Source: Rhynchopus sp. YZ270_cl-10 (Eukaryota). Taken from it: DNA of 64,000 nucleotides. Positions 37,460-47,827 of this stretch are shown piece by piece; the stretch's first letter is position 1; each line of letters opens with the position of its first letter. The notes beneath the pieces were generated by a model. That model searched no databases and had not been told where the DNA came from. It was given only the letters and a program-made list of their open reading frames with translations. The stretch covers positions 1,550,001-1,614,000 of the forward strand of contig OZ037847.1 of assembly GCA_964035575.1 (NCBI GenBank). The letters are read 5' to 3'. The position numbers and the translations under genes are program-made.

Positions 37460-39187
37460 ATGAGCAAACCAGGCATTGCACGGCTGTATGCAGTGAGCAA
37501 CGGCAAATACACGGCGAAGTACCAGGAGGTCAGCCCGATTGTCATCCTGAAGTGCAGTGAGGGGAGCGGCCCTGTCAGTCCTTGGGTGCCTCTGGCGAAG
37601 CACCTCTTCGGCAAAGGACTACAGAGTGTCTTCATACTGGATGTGTCGTCCCTCATGAGCGAGATGCCCAGGGAGAACTCCACCGCAGGCATGGGGCCCA
37701 TCCTTAAGCCCATGAGCCGTGTCCTGAAGAAGCTCAACGTGGCTGACGCTACCTTCGTCGGTTTGACCACCGGGAGTGCGCTTGCATGCAAGCTTGCCCG
37801 CCAGGCAGGCATGGGGGAGCTCTTCGCCCGCATCGTCGTTCTGTGCGTAGGCCACCCTGAGAAGGTGCCGAGCTTTAGAGAGGCACCCGAGGAGGCTGTC
37901 CCACTTCATGTCCTGCAGATGCAGGAGTCTGCTGCTGCCATGGCGAAGTGGAACACCCTGAACAACCATCTTGTCACCAGCACGGTGGTGCCTAAGGGTG
38001 GCGGTGGTGCGGAGGTAGGTCTCGCGGAGGTGGTGCTCGCACTGCAGACATATCTTCTGGACGAGGTGCTTCCGGAACTGCCTATCCCATCTGCCGTCGA
38101 CGTCTGTGGTGCGGAGCTTGTCTACTCGGTGTCGCAGTTTGATAAACAGCAGGTAGCGACGATCACGCCGTTTGTTGTTGAAGGCGCCGTGTCTGTGTCT
38201 GCACCTCCTGTTCACACCGACCCTTCTGAACCCTTGAAGAAGGCTGTGCTCAAGCTGGACACCATCCCAGAGTGGTGGATAGAGGACGAGGCCGACTTCT
38301 TTGCAGGAGAGAGCCATGTGTGGTCGGTGCGGCCGGGTGCTGCGATTCATGCGATGCAGGCTCGTGTCGTGGAGGTGGGGACACCTGACGCGGAGGGGGT
38401 CTGTGTTGCTCGGGTGGCCGATGTCAATGGAACTGTCCGTGTTGCATTCAACACTGAAAACACTGCACACACCTCTGCCTTTAAGATTGGCGACTGCGTG
38501 GAGCTGAACGGTCGTGTCGCTGCCGACTCCAATGGTATACCATACATCAGCTTGCCTCCAAAGGACGGTGCTGCCACGGTTGTGCCTTATCCGAATATTT
38601 TGGTTGGAGATCGGGCAGAAACGACGGTGCAGATGGCGCAGGAAAAGGGTTTGGGTGTTGGTGATGTGCAGAACCGTGTAGGGTGTTTACTGTTGAGGGG
38701 TCGGAAGGTGGCTTTGTCGAGGAGGAAGAGGGGTGGGCGGACGGAGCTTGTTGTGCCGTCGGGTGTGGTGCGGGATGAGGAGACGATGGAGGCTGGTGCG
38801 ATGCGGGTGCTTGCGGAGGGGTTGGATGTGGATGTGGAGGAGTTCCGGTTTGCGGGGCAGTTGGGGACGTTCACGCACTTCCCTGCACCAGGGGTGGTTG
38901 AGACTGTCTTTGTTGCCTTTGCAGCAGGCGCACCGCCCGACGGTGCCGCAAAAGACAGTACCGACCTCCCCGTCGACCCCACCTCCCCCTACGATTGGTT
39001 CCTCCTTGCGCACGCCCTCCGCGTCACCTCGCACGAATGGCACAACCTCCTCTGGGAGCTCGCCCGCCGCATGCACGGTGCACACAAAGCACAGATCATC
39101 CTTCCTCAATGGCGTTGTGGCCTCTTCGGTGTAAGAGAAGTCGACGAAGAACGTGGGCACGTTGAAAAGGAAGGTGGAGGGGATTGA
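37460..39187 (+). CDS. Multidomain protein: alpha/beta N-terminal domain, OB-fold-like region and degenerate Nudix domain (575 aa)
   Basis: OB-like segment VARVADVNGTVRVAF..FKIGDCVELNGRV; Nudix-like segment GCLLLRGRKVALSRR..PSGVVRDEETMEAGAMRVLAEGLDV..YDWF. Confidence 0.65.
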   Translation: MSKPGIARLYAVSNGKYTAKYQEVSPIVILKCSEGSGPVSPWVPLAKHLFGKGLQSVFILDVSSLMSEMPRENSTAGMGPILKPMSRVLKKLNVADATFVGLTTGSALACKLARQAGMGELFARIVVLCVGHPEKVPSFREAPEEAVPLHVLQMQESAAAMAKWNTLNNHLVTSTVVPKGGGGAEVGLAEVVLALQTYLLDEVLPELPIPSAVDVCGAELVYSVSQFDKQQVATITPFVVEGAVSVSAPPVHTDPSEPLKKAVLKLDTIPEWWIEDEADFFAGESHVWSVRPGAAIHAMQARVVEVGTPDAEGVCVARVADVNGTVRVAFNTENTAHTSAFKIGDCVELNGRVAADSNGIPYISLPPKDGAATVVPYPNILVGDRAETTVQMAQEKGLGVGDVQNRVGCLLLRGRKVALSRRKRGGRTELVVPSGVVRDEETMEAGAMRVLAEGLDVDVEEFRFAGQLGTFTHFPAPGVVETVFVAFAAGAPPDGAAKDSTDLPVDPTSPYDWFLLAHALRVTSHEWHNLLWELARRMHGAHKAQIILPQWRCGLFGVREVDEERGHVEKEGGGD

Positions 39188-39800
39188 GTGTGACCCTTGA
39201 GAAGGAGGGGGGGTTTTTTTTTTCGAAAGAAAAAAATGGGGAACATATAATTCAGGTCCACTGTGCAAGGTACATCAGTCACGAGAGGGCTCTGTATTTC
39301 AAGTCAATTTTTTTTTCCACGTTTCAGTGTCTGCGTCCCAAGCGTTTGCACTATCAACTTTTTTTTTTTGCGTTTTTTCAACGTTAGAGTATGATCAGAT
39401 GAAATTAGCGAAAATTGCGGATTTTTTTTTTTTTTGTTCAGTCTTTCTTCAGGCTCTCCGCTAGGATTTCCGATTTTGAAAATATTCTGTTGATGGTCCA
39501 CGTTGGTGGGGTACATGCTTGCGCCGCAGGCGCACGGTACGCAACTTTTTTTTTTACCAACGCCCGATTTTGACTTTTTTGGGACGTTTGAGCACTCACC
39601 TCTCCATATCTTCTTCTCCTGAGCTTTTTTGACAGGTAGAACGGGTCTGAACCACTTAGCAGAACTTTTTTTTTTTTTTTTCTTTTTTTCCCCATTTTCA
39701 AAAAGTTCTGTTGACAATCAACAGAACTTTAGTACCTAGCGGAGTGCCTGGTCTTTCTTCCCTCTTTTTATCAAATTCCAATAGGAAAGACAACGACAAC

Positions 39801-40877
39801 ATGCTCCGTAGTACCCCATCTAGGCTGTTCAAAGCGGTCGTGGCGCATAAGGATGGGTGCAGGCTTGAGGAGTTTGCTGACTACACTGCGCTTCCTGCAC
39901 AGGATGCGGAGGCGAACGTCCTTGTGAAGGTGACGCACAGCACGCTGAACTACAAAGACGCGATGGCGCTGGCAGGGCGGAAGGGTGTGTCACGGTTTCC
40001 TGTTGTGGCGGGCATCGATGCGGCTGGTGTTGTGGTGCGTGGGAGTGCAGCCACAGCGACACAGCCCGCGCTGAAGGAGGGTGACGAGGTTGTCATCACC
40101 GGCAACAAAATCGGCCAAAACGTTGACGGTGGTCTCTCGGAATATCTCCACGTACAGTCGGGGTGGTGCGTGCAGCGTCCAGAGGGGCTCACCCTTTGGG
40201 ACACCATGGCCATGGGAAGCGCAGGGTTCACTGCAATGATGTGCATCCAACACCTCGAGCAGCACGCTGATATGAAGCAGTTCCGCAACACCGATGTTCC
40301 AATCCTCGTCACCGGGGCGGGTGGCGGGCTGGGTGGCATTGCGGTGTCCTTCCTTCGCAGCATGGGGTACACTGTGGTGGCCTCCACACGCCGTGAGGAG
40401 CTGCGTGAGTACCTCATTGGCCTTGGCGCCACCGAAGTGATTGGCGCGCTTGGCGAAGTCACCGGACCTTTGGGGAAACAGAAGTGGGGTGGTGTCATTG
40501 ATGCTGTGGGTGGCACCACGCTTGTCAAGGCTGTGACGCAGACACGGTACCGCTGTGGTATTGCATCCACCGGTGTTGCTGCGGGTGGTGATATGACAGG
40601 GGCGACCGTGTTCCCCTACATCCTTCGTGGCCTGCGGCTCCTTGGTGTCGACTCAACACTGCCGTACACATCGCAGCAGGACGCAGCCACAAACGAACGC
40701 TACCTCGCAGAGCGCATGCAGGTGTGGGAGGAGATGGTGCAGCACTTCCCGCACGACGCACTGAAGTCCATCGTGAAAGACACCATCCCGCTAGAGGCTG
40801 TCACGCAGGACGTTGCGGCAGAGATCCTTGGCGGCAATGTGCGAGGTAGATACGTCGTGTCGTGTGGCAGCGCATAA
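39801..40877 (+). CDS. acuI: AcuI/YhdH-family MDR oxidoreductase (acryloyl-CoA reductase-like) with a putative mitochondrial presequence
   Basis: Motifs STLNYKDAMA, GIDAAG, DGGLSEY, MAMGSAGFTA, LVTGAGGGLG and FPYILRGLRLLGVDS; N-terminus MLRSTPSRLF; intronless. Confidence 0.85.
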   Translation: MLRSTPSRLFKAVVAHKDGCRLEEFADYTALPAQDAEANVLVKVTHSTLNYKDAMALAGRKGVSRFPVVAGIDAAGVVVRGSAATATQPALKEGDEVVITGNKIGQNVDGGLSEYLHVQSGWCVQRPEGLTLWDTMAMGSAGFTAMMCIQHLEQHADMKQFRNTDVPILVTGAGGGLGGIAVSFLRSMGYTVVASTRREELREYLIGLGATEVIGALGEVTGPLGKQKWGGVIDAVGGTTLVKAVTQTRYRCGIASTGVAAGGDMTGATVFPYILRGLRLLGVDSTLPYTSQQDAATNERYLAERMQVWEEMVQHFPHDALKSIVKDTIPLEAVTQDVAAEILGGNVRGRYVVSCGSA

Positions 40878-41106
40878 TATTGTCCGAGAAAAAAAACCTA
40901 AATTTAGCAACGATATTGAATGACCCTGATTGGTTTAAAAAAAATGGAAACATTATTTCAATATTATTCCCCCCCTCCCCTCCCCCGTTCCTCACCCCAC
41001 TCTCACTCAGGCAAGGTTTGGGTGTAAATAGAACAAAATGGAGGTCCGACACCCTCCTGGTTTTGCGGGATGCAGCTTCCACAAGGGTGACCAGAACAAG
41101 CGGACC

Positions 41107-44100
41107 ATGCTGTGGGCCATTCTTATTTTGCTCTACGCTGTGGCGGTGCAGTGGAGTCTGAGCACTATGGGCGACCCTTATGCGTCTGCTGTGGAGGAGG
41201 CACGGAAGTTCCATGACTCGCACTTGAAGGAGCAGGCAGCACGGCCTAAGAAGGTGGAGTGGGTGGAGGACCACGACGACATGGTGGACGACATTGACGG
41301 AGAAGACGTGCCGTCGTGGAAGCCTCAGGAGGAGACATACGAGGACGAAGACGAGGAGGCATCAGCCTCGGGCTCAGGCGCAGACGACGACGAGGACGCA
41401 ACAAACAGCACCACAGAGGCGAAGCTCAAGAAGGCCCTCCCCTCGGAGTTCCTCCCCTCCGCAGGGGCAGCCTCGATGCTCTTCCTCACCATCTGCGCGC
41501 ACATCCTCTTCCACCTTCTCTGCTACTGGAACGTAGGGTTCAAGTCCTACTTTCTCTTCTCCCCCGCGACAGTGGTCTCAGAAGGTGTGTACGCACTGAT
41601 CAAGACCCTGCCGCACCACGGAACACCCGGAATGGCGTTGGTCGCGAAGCATCATTTAACTGGTAAATTAACGTTTGAGTTTCAACGCCGGAAGTACTAC
41701 TACGTGGCGGAAGGGGAGGAGGAGCTTCTGGAGGAGGTGGTGGGCACAGAAGGGAACGGCACCGTGGTCGCAGTGACGCCGTCGCTGACGTCGAAGCTCG
41801 CAGAGTACACAACCAAAGGGCTGAAGGACGCAGAGGCAAAGGAGCTCTTCCAGGTGTACGGGGAGAACAGGCTCTCAATTAGAACACCAACGCTCTTCGA
41901 GATGTGGCGGTCGCAGCTGATCTCGCCTGTCCCGATGTTCCAGTTCTTCTGCAGTGTGCTCTGGATGCTCGATGAGTACTGGCAGTACACGATCATGACC
42001 TTCGTCACGATCATGATGCTTGAGGCAGGCACCGCCTTCCAGCGTCTCAAGACCTTGGGCCAGCTCACGCAGATGAGCATGAAGCCGTACCCAGTGCTCA
42101 CACTGCGCGATGGCAAGTGGAGAGAGATCAGCACACAGGAGCTCCAGCCAGGTGACATCATCTGTCTCAACGTCAGCAAGAAGGCCAAATCCGACGAAAA
42201 AGACAAGAAGCCCCAGCCCGACGGACTCTCGGATGTGATCCCCTGCGACTGCCTGCTTCTCCACGGCAGTGCCGTTGTGAACGAGGCCAGTCTGACAGGT
42301 GAGTCCGTGCCCGCCATGAAGGACCAGGTGCCCACCACAGACGTTGGCGAGGAACTCGATATGGACGGCAAACACCGTATCCACACGCTCTTCAGCGGCA
42401 CCACGCTCGTCGACGTGAAGCAGGTGCAGGACACAGTCAAGGGTGTGCCGAACCCGCCGAAGAAGGGCTGTGTGTGCTACGTGCTGCGCACAGGCTTCGC
42501 ATCCTCGCAGGGCAGTCTCATGCAGATGATCGAGTTCTCCACCGAAAGCGTTGCAGGCGACTCCAGGGAGACCTTCTGGGCCCTCCTCCTGCTGCTTGTC
42601 TGCGCCATCATTGCTGCTGTGTACGTCTTCCAGAAGGGTATGAAGAAGGGCGACAAGACGACACACGAGCTGCTCATCAAGAGTGTCCTCATCATCACCT
42701 CTGTCGTGCCACGTCAGCTCCCCATGCAGATGGCGCTTGCCGTCAACACTGCGCTCATGGCGCTCATGAAGGCAGGTGTTATGTGCACAGAGCCCTTCCG
42801 TGTGCCGTTGGCAGGAAAGATTACCCACGCCCTCTTCGACAAGACTGGCACACTCACCACCGACACGCTTGTGCCCTCGGCCATTGTGAACAACACTACG
42901 GAGCACAAGATCCAGCCTGTGCTTGAGGCGTCAGACCTGTGCAGCGTTGTACTTGCGGGGTGCCACTCGCTTGTTGCTGTTGGTGATGAGAGCTCCAATG
43001 TTGTTGGCGACCCTATTGAGGTTGCGGCGCTGAAGGGTGTTGACTGGCGTTACGATGCAAAGGACCAGACGGCACACAGGGGTAACTTGGAGGCCAAGGA
43101 GCGTGTTGCGAAGGACCTTGAGAAGGAGATGAAGGCATACAAGCCGACTACGAAGAAGTACAAGGAGCTCACAGAGAAGCTTGCAGAACTGGCCAAGGAG
43201 ATCACGAAGGCTCAAGAGAGGGCGAAAAAGGACAAGCTTGCGGTCACAATCAAGCACAGACATCACTTCAACTCTCAAGTATGTACTCCCATTCCACCCC
43301 GCTCCCCCACACCACCGCACAGCTGCAACGTATGTGCGTCATTGTCGAGGTCAAGGGGATGGAAGGCGGCGGGCCCAAGATGTGCTCCCTCGTCAAGGTA
43401 TGCTCACACAGCACGTCTCTGTCCACATGCTGCACCACAGGGATCGCCGGAGGCAGTGCGCAAGCTGCTTGCAAAGGGCTCTGAGCCGGCATGGTTCGAG
43501 GACTCCTTCACAGAGATGATGGAGGACGGCATGCGTGTGCTTGCACTTGCCTACAAGTGGCTCCCTAACAACACCAACCCGACCACAGAGCTGCGTTCGG
43601 AGGTATGTTCAGTGTCAATATGTCCACATGAGCACCCATGCTTCCTTTGAGTGGAAGTGTAGAATGTACTGCTTCCAACATCAACCACCTCAACCACAGT
43701 GCGAGTCTAATCTGCAGTTTGCAGGGTTCATCGCTTTCTCATGCCGTGTTCGCAACGACACCAACGCTGTGGTATGCGCCTTTCAAAACTTTGGAAAATA
43801 ACCTCTGACAAACGTGCCCTTCGGTACAAGAGAACAACACAGCACAACATAACACACTAAGGGTCATATTCTGCGCAAGAATTACCCTCACTAGCCATCA
43901 CTAACATAACACAACACAACCCTCCAGATTGGTGCACTCATTGAGTCCGACCACCGTGTGGCGATGATCACCGGAGATGGTCCCCTGACTGCGCTGCACG
44001 TTGCCAAGTCTGTCGGGATCTGCCCTAAGGAAGATTCGTTCGTACTGGAGGCGAAGGACGACAAGGTGGAGTGGGTGCAGGCGACTGGTATGTCACGCAT

Positions 44101-45945
44101 CTGCCATCTGTCCATCTGTCCACCCACAACCACCCACAGGAAAGGACAAGATCCGCCAGCCTGCGGATGTCAACACCACTGGCACTCTGGCAAAAACCGC
44201 AAACCTGATGACAACAGAGGACAACATGGAGCTCGCAGCGGAGGCAATCGGCAGCGACTTCTGGACACTCACGACGCACATCTCTGTGTTTGCACGGATG
44301 AGCCCTCCAGGCAAGGCGAAGGTGATCCGCTCGCTGCAGGAGCGCTCCAAGGCTCATGTGCTCATGTGTGGTGACGGCAGCAATGACGTTGGTGCTCTGA
44401 AGCAGGCAGACGTTGGCCTTGCGCTTCTCTCTGGCTATGGTATGTCCCTTTGCAACCTCTGTTGCATCCACTGAGACACTATGTACTGCACACCACACCC
44501 GCAGGAAATGCGAACACCGGGTCCGCCACCGAGGCCTCCAGCGAGGAGACTGCAGAGGAGTCGCTGAACAGACACCAAAAGGAGATGGACGAGAAGTCCA
44601 AGAAGGCGACCGCTGTGCGGCGCGAGCTGATGGGGCAGAAGCAGAAGGAGGTATGCAGCACCTTGGCACCTAGCACACACCACATCCACCCATCCCACAG
44701 ATCCAATCCAAGCAACGAGAATGGTTGGAAGAGGAGCTCAAGAGAAGAGAGGAGCGTGGCGAGGACACAGGCGTGTTCGGGCAGATGGCAGCGATGAAGA
44801 CTGTGCTGGCACGCTTCAAGGACGAGATGCGCAAGGAGGAGCGTGAGGTGGGCAAGGTTGCGAATGTGTACTCCCCCGGCATTGAGGACGTGCTCGGAAA
44901 TGCTGATACCGACAGCGTCACAATCCGCCCTGGTGACGCAAGCGTGGCTGCGTCCTTCACGTCGCGTATGCCAACCATCAAGGCGACTGTGGACCTGATC
45001 CGTCAGGGTCGCTGCACGCTGCTGAGTGCGCTGCAGCAGCAGCAGATCATGATGCTTGAGTCGCTCATCCACGCGTACTCGCTCTCGGCACTCTCGTTGG
45101 AGGGCGCACGCCAGTCGGAGCGTCAGATGATGGCGTCGGGGTGGCTGCTGACGATCGCGACGCTTGCCTTTTCGTATGCGACACCGATCGACAGAATGCA
45201 CCCACAGCGTCCACTGCGTTCGCTGTTCCACCCTGCTGTGTTTGTGTCGATGGCGGGACAGGCCTTGATCCACGTCTGCTGCCTGCAGCGTGCTGTCACC
45301 ATGGCCACAGAGTCGATGGGGCCTGCAGAGCTTGCAAACGTTGTAGAGTTCCACCGCAAGGCAAAGGCTCATGAGATTGTGGAGGAGGTGAACCCGGACG
45401 ACCCGCTTGGCATGTTCTCAGAGGTGATGGCGACGTGGTCCCTGCCGTTCAAGCCGAACCTGCTGAACACTGTTGTCTTCCTTGTCGAAACCTCGCAGAT
45501 CGTTGCAGTCCTGTTTGTGAACTACAAGGGCCGTCCTTGGATGAAGGGTGTGACAGAGAACCATGCGTTGTTCCTGTCACTGTTCACGACCTTTGGTGGT
45601 GTGGCCTACATTGCTTGGGGGTTCTCGCCCGAGATCAACGCTATGCTGCACTTTGCGCCGTTCCCGGACGACGACTTCCGTTGGGAAACGATCTACCTTG
45701 TGACCATCTCAGCCTTGGGCACGCTTGTCTGGGACAGAATCGCCACCGCAATCTTCGCACCAGAGATCTTCAGGATTATGGTCAGCGAGGCCATGGCAAC
45801 AACCTTTGCCGACGTTCTCCCCATCTTCACGACACTCGGAAAGGTCATCGGTGGTCTGCTTCTCCTCAACACCATCAACCCATTGCTTCTTATGGGAGCC
45901 TACTATATGTACCGGAACTACAACAAGAAGGAGCTTGGTGACTAA
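41107..45945 (+). CDS. ATP13A1: P5A-type P-type ATPase (Spf1/ATP13A1-like), 8 exons
   Basis: Motifs [23 protein letters not shown] and [15 protein letters not shown], plus P5A-type PFQFFC..WMLDEYW and IRQGRCTL. Exons 41107-43278, 43323-43397, 43441-43602, 43700-43771, 43928-44087, 44140-44439, 44505-44650, 44701-45945. Confidence 0.9.
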
Positions 45946-46706
45946 AATTGGGGAGAAAATGTAAGAGAGAGGGCTTTTTTTGATACGCCATGAGTGGAAA
46001 TTGAAAAACAGAAGAAAAAAAATGTCGAAAAAGCGGGGCTCAGTTGATGTGCCCTGATCCCCCGTTAAAGTGAAAGGTCAAAAGAGAGGGGGTGGAAAGG
46101 AATGTGTGTGTGATCAGTTTTCTCTCTTCCTCTAGCTTCGAAAAAAGAAAAAAAAGAAAAGCAAAATCAGAAGAAAAATAACGGTGAAAATGGAGTGCAT
46201 TTGGTGTACACAATAATTAGCTGTAATAGTACTACCATTTTACCAAATTATTTTTCTCTTCAGAATGACCCATTAAGAGAGAAGAGAGAGACGGTAGTAA
46301 ACAAGATCCCCCTCCCCTTGAGCTTTCATGTGTGATGACGGTGGTGATTGCACAGGGCGGTTTCTATCTTGACCCGTCGTCAAATATTTCAAAAAAAATA
46401 AAATAAAAAACAAATTGGAAAACAAAATGGGAGGCAATGGATTGATTGAGACGACGCTACATCTCAAAAGCTTTTCTGTTTAACAAATATTATCTTGTTG
46501 AACAGAATGAAACAAAAGGAGGGGTGTGAAATTGAGGTTTTAAAAAATAATTCCAAAAAAAAAAAAAAAAAAAAAAAAACAGTAATTGGAAAGTTGAAAT
46601 TGAGCTGATTTATTTTTTTTAGATGTGCTTTTGCTTTAGCCTCTGCCTTAAAGTGATTCTTTTAAAAAAAGTCAAATGTGTGACTGACGAGAGAAAAAAC
46701 GTGTCT

Positions 46707-46812
46707 CCTTCCCCTTCCCCTTCCCCTTCCCCTTCCCCTTCCCCTTCCCCTTCCCCTTCCCCTTCCCCTTCCCCTTCCCCTTCCCCTTCCCCTTCCCCTT
46801 CCCCTTCCCCTT
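46707..46812. repeat. (CCCCTT)n microsatellite
   Basis: About 17 perfect hexamer units. Confidence 0.95.
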
Positions 46813-46956
46813 TATCAAATATTCCGAAGAAATTACCCTTTGATTGCAAACACAGCACACATCACTACAGGACGTGGGGAGGGGGGAACCTCATTGAAGG
46901 CGTTTCTCAAGGTACACCTTTCTTAGAAAGGTTGGGATACAAATAGTACATTTAAA

Positions 46957-47657
46957 ATGCTGCGTGCACTTACCGGTACCGCAGCAGCGGCGATGGGAAG
47001 AGGTTTTGGAGTGCGAACCTTTGAACGACAGGTATAAAAAAAAGCTGACACAATCATTGACACGTCATCACAACAACAGGAACGCAACCTTAGCAGCAGC
47101 AGGCCCCTGTTGTGGGCGGCCAATGACGTGCGGAGAGTGCTGGTATGTTGATAGGATTTACACGGTCTTTAAAGATGTGTACGCAGGAGAGGTGCATCCA
47201 TCTTACGAGTTTGCTTTCTTTCGTGGAATTTAAGTGAGTTTAGTAGAGGTGGTTTGCATTCTAATGTTGTGTGTGATTTTTCCAGTAGTGTTTAACATTG
47301 AACTGGGAATGCAAACGTAGCATTTTGTCAGATTTTAATTTCCTTTCATCCTCTCATCGACAGAAACCTAGAGTGGCACCTTGGCACAGTGGCTTCATCC
47401 AGGAGGCGAAGTGTGAGGCACGGTTCAGACTCACAGGACCGATCTGGTCGCAGACGTTGATTCACAAGGCACCGGGCCTGACAAAGCGGCATAACTTCTC
47501 GAGCAACCGCGACTGGCGCCGTGCTGGGCGGTGGCGGCGTCTTAACGACAGATGGACAAGGAAGTACCGTGACTACCTGCTCCCGGGGGGTGTGCACGGC
47601 AAACAGTGGTGGCGCAGGACGGTCTCGCACCAGGCCGTCCAACAGGGGCTCTGCTGA
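46957..47657 (+). CDS. MRPL35: Probable mitochondrial ribosomal protein bL35m (3 exons, 143 aa)
   Basis: Exons 46957-47031, 47080-47142, 47364-47657. Presequence-like MLRALTG; basic core AKCEARFRLTG..HKAPGLTKRHNFSS..RRAGRWRRL resembles bL35 (AKRFxxTG..KRH..S..RRL). Confidence 0.6.
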
Positions 47658-47827
47658 ACAGAACCAGGGGGTGGGCGGGGGCGGGGGTGTAGGGTCAACA
47701 CGAACCTCACAGAAAGAACACACCACACCACACCACACCACCCTACCCACACTCATTGCTACCTTATTCCCCTTCTCCCCTTCCCCCTTACACCTGCACC
47801 AGCACAACCTCCACAGCCAGCTCGGAA

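Noticed and set aside
39277..39290. CAGTCACGAGAGG resembling the rRNA sarcin-ricin loop
   Set aside because: Lacks the AGTA/GAA motif and any flanking rRNA similarity; treated as part of the B stem-loop family.
41700..45372. Long antisense ORFs (246, 343, 297 aa) opposite the ATPase
   Set aside because: Expected shadow ORFs of GC3-rich coding sequence.
46707..46812. Possible telomeric repeat, or SP/GE/GK-repeat protein
   Set aside because: The unit is CCCCTT rather than CCCTAA, it is internal and short, and the ORFs lack coding context.
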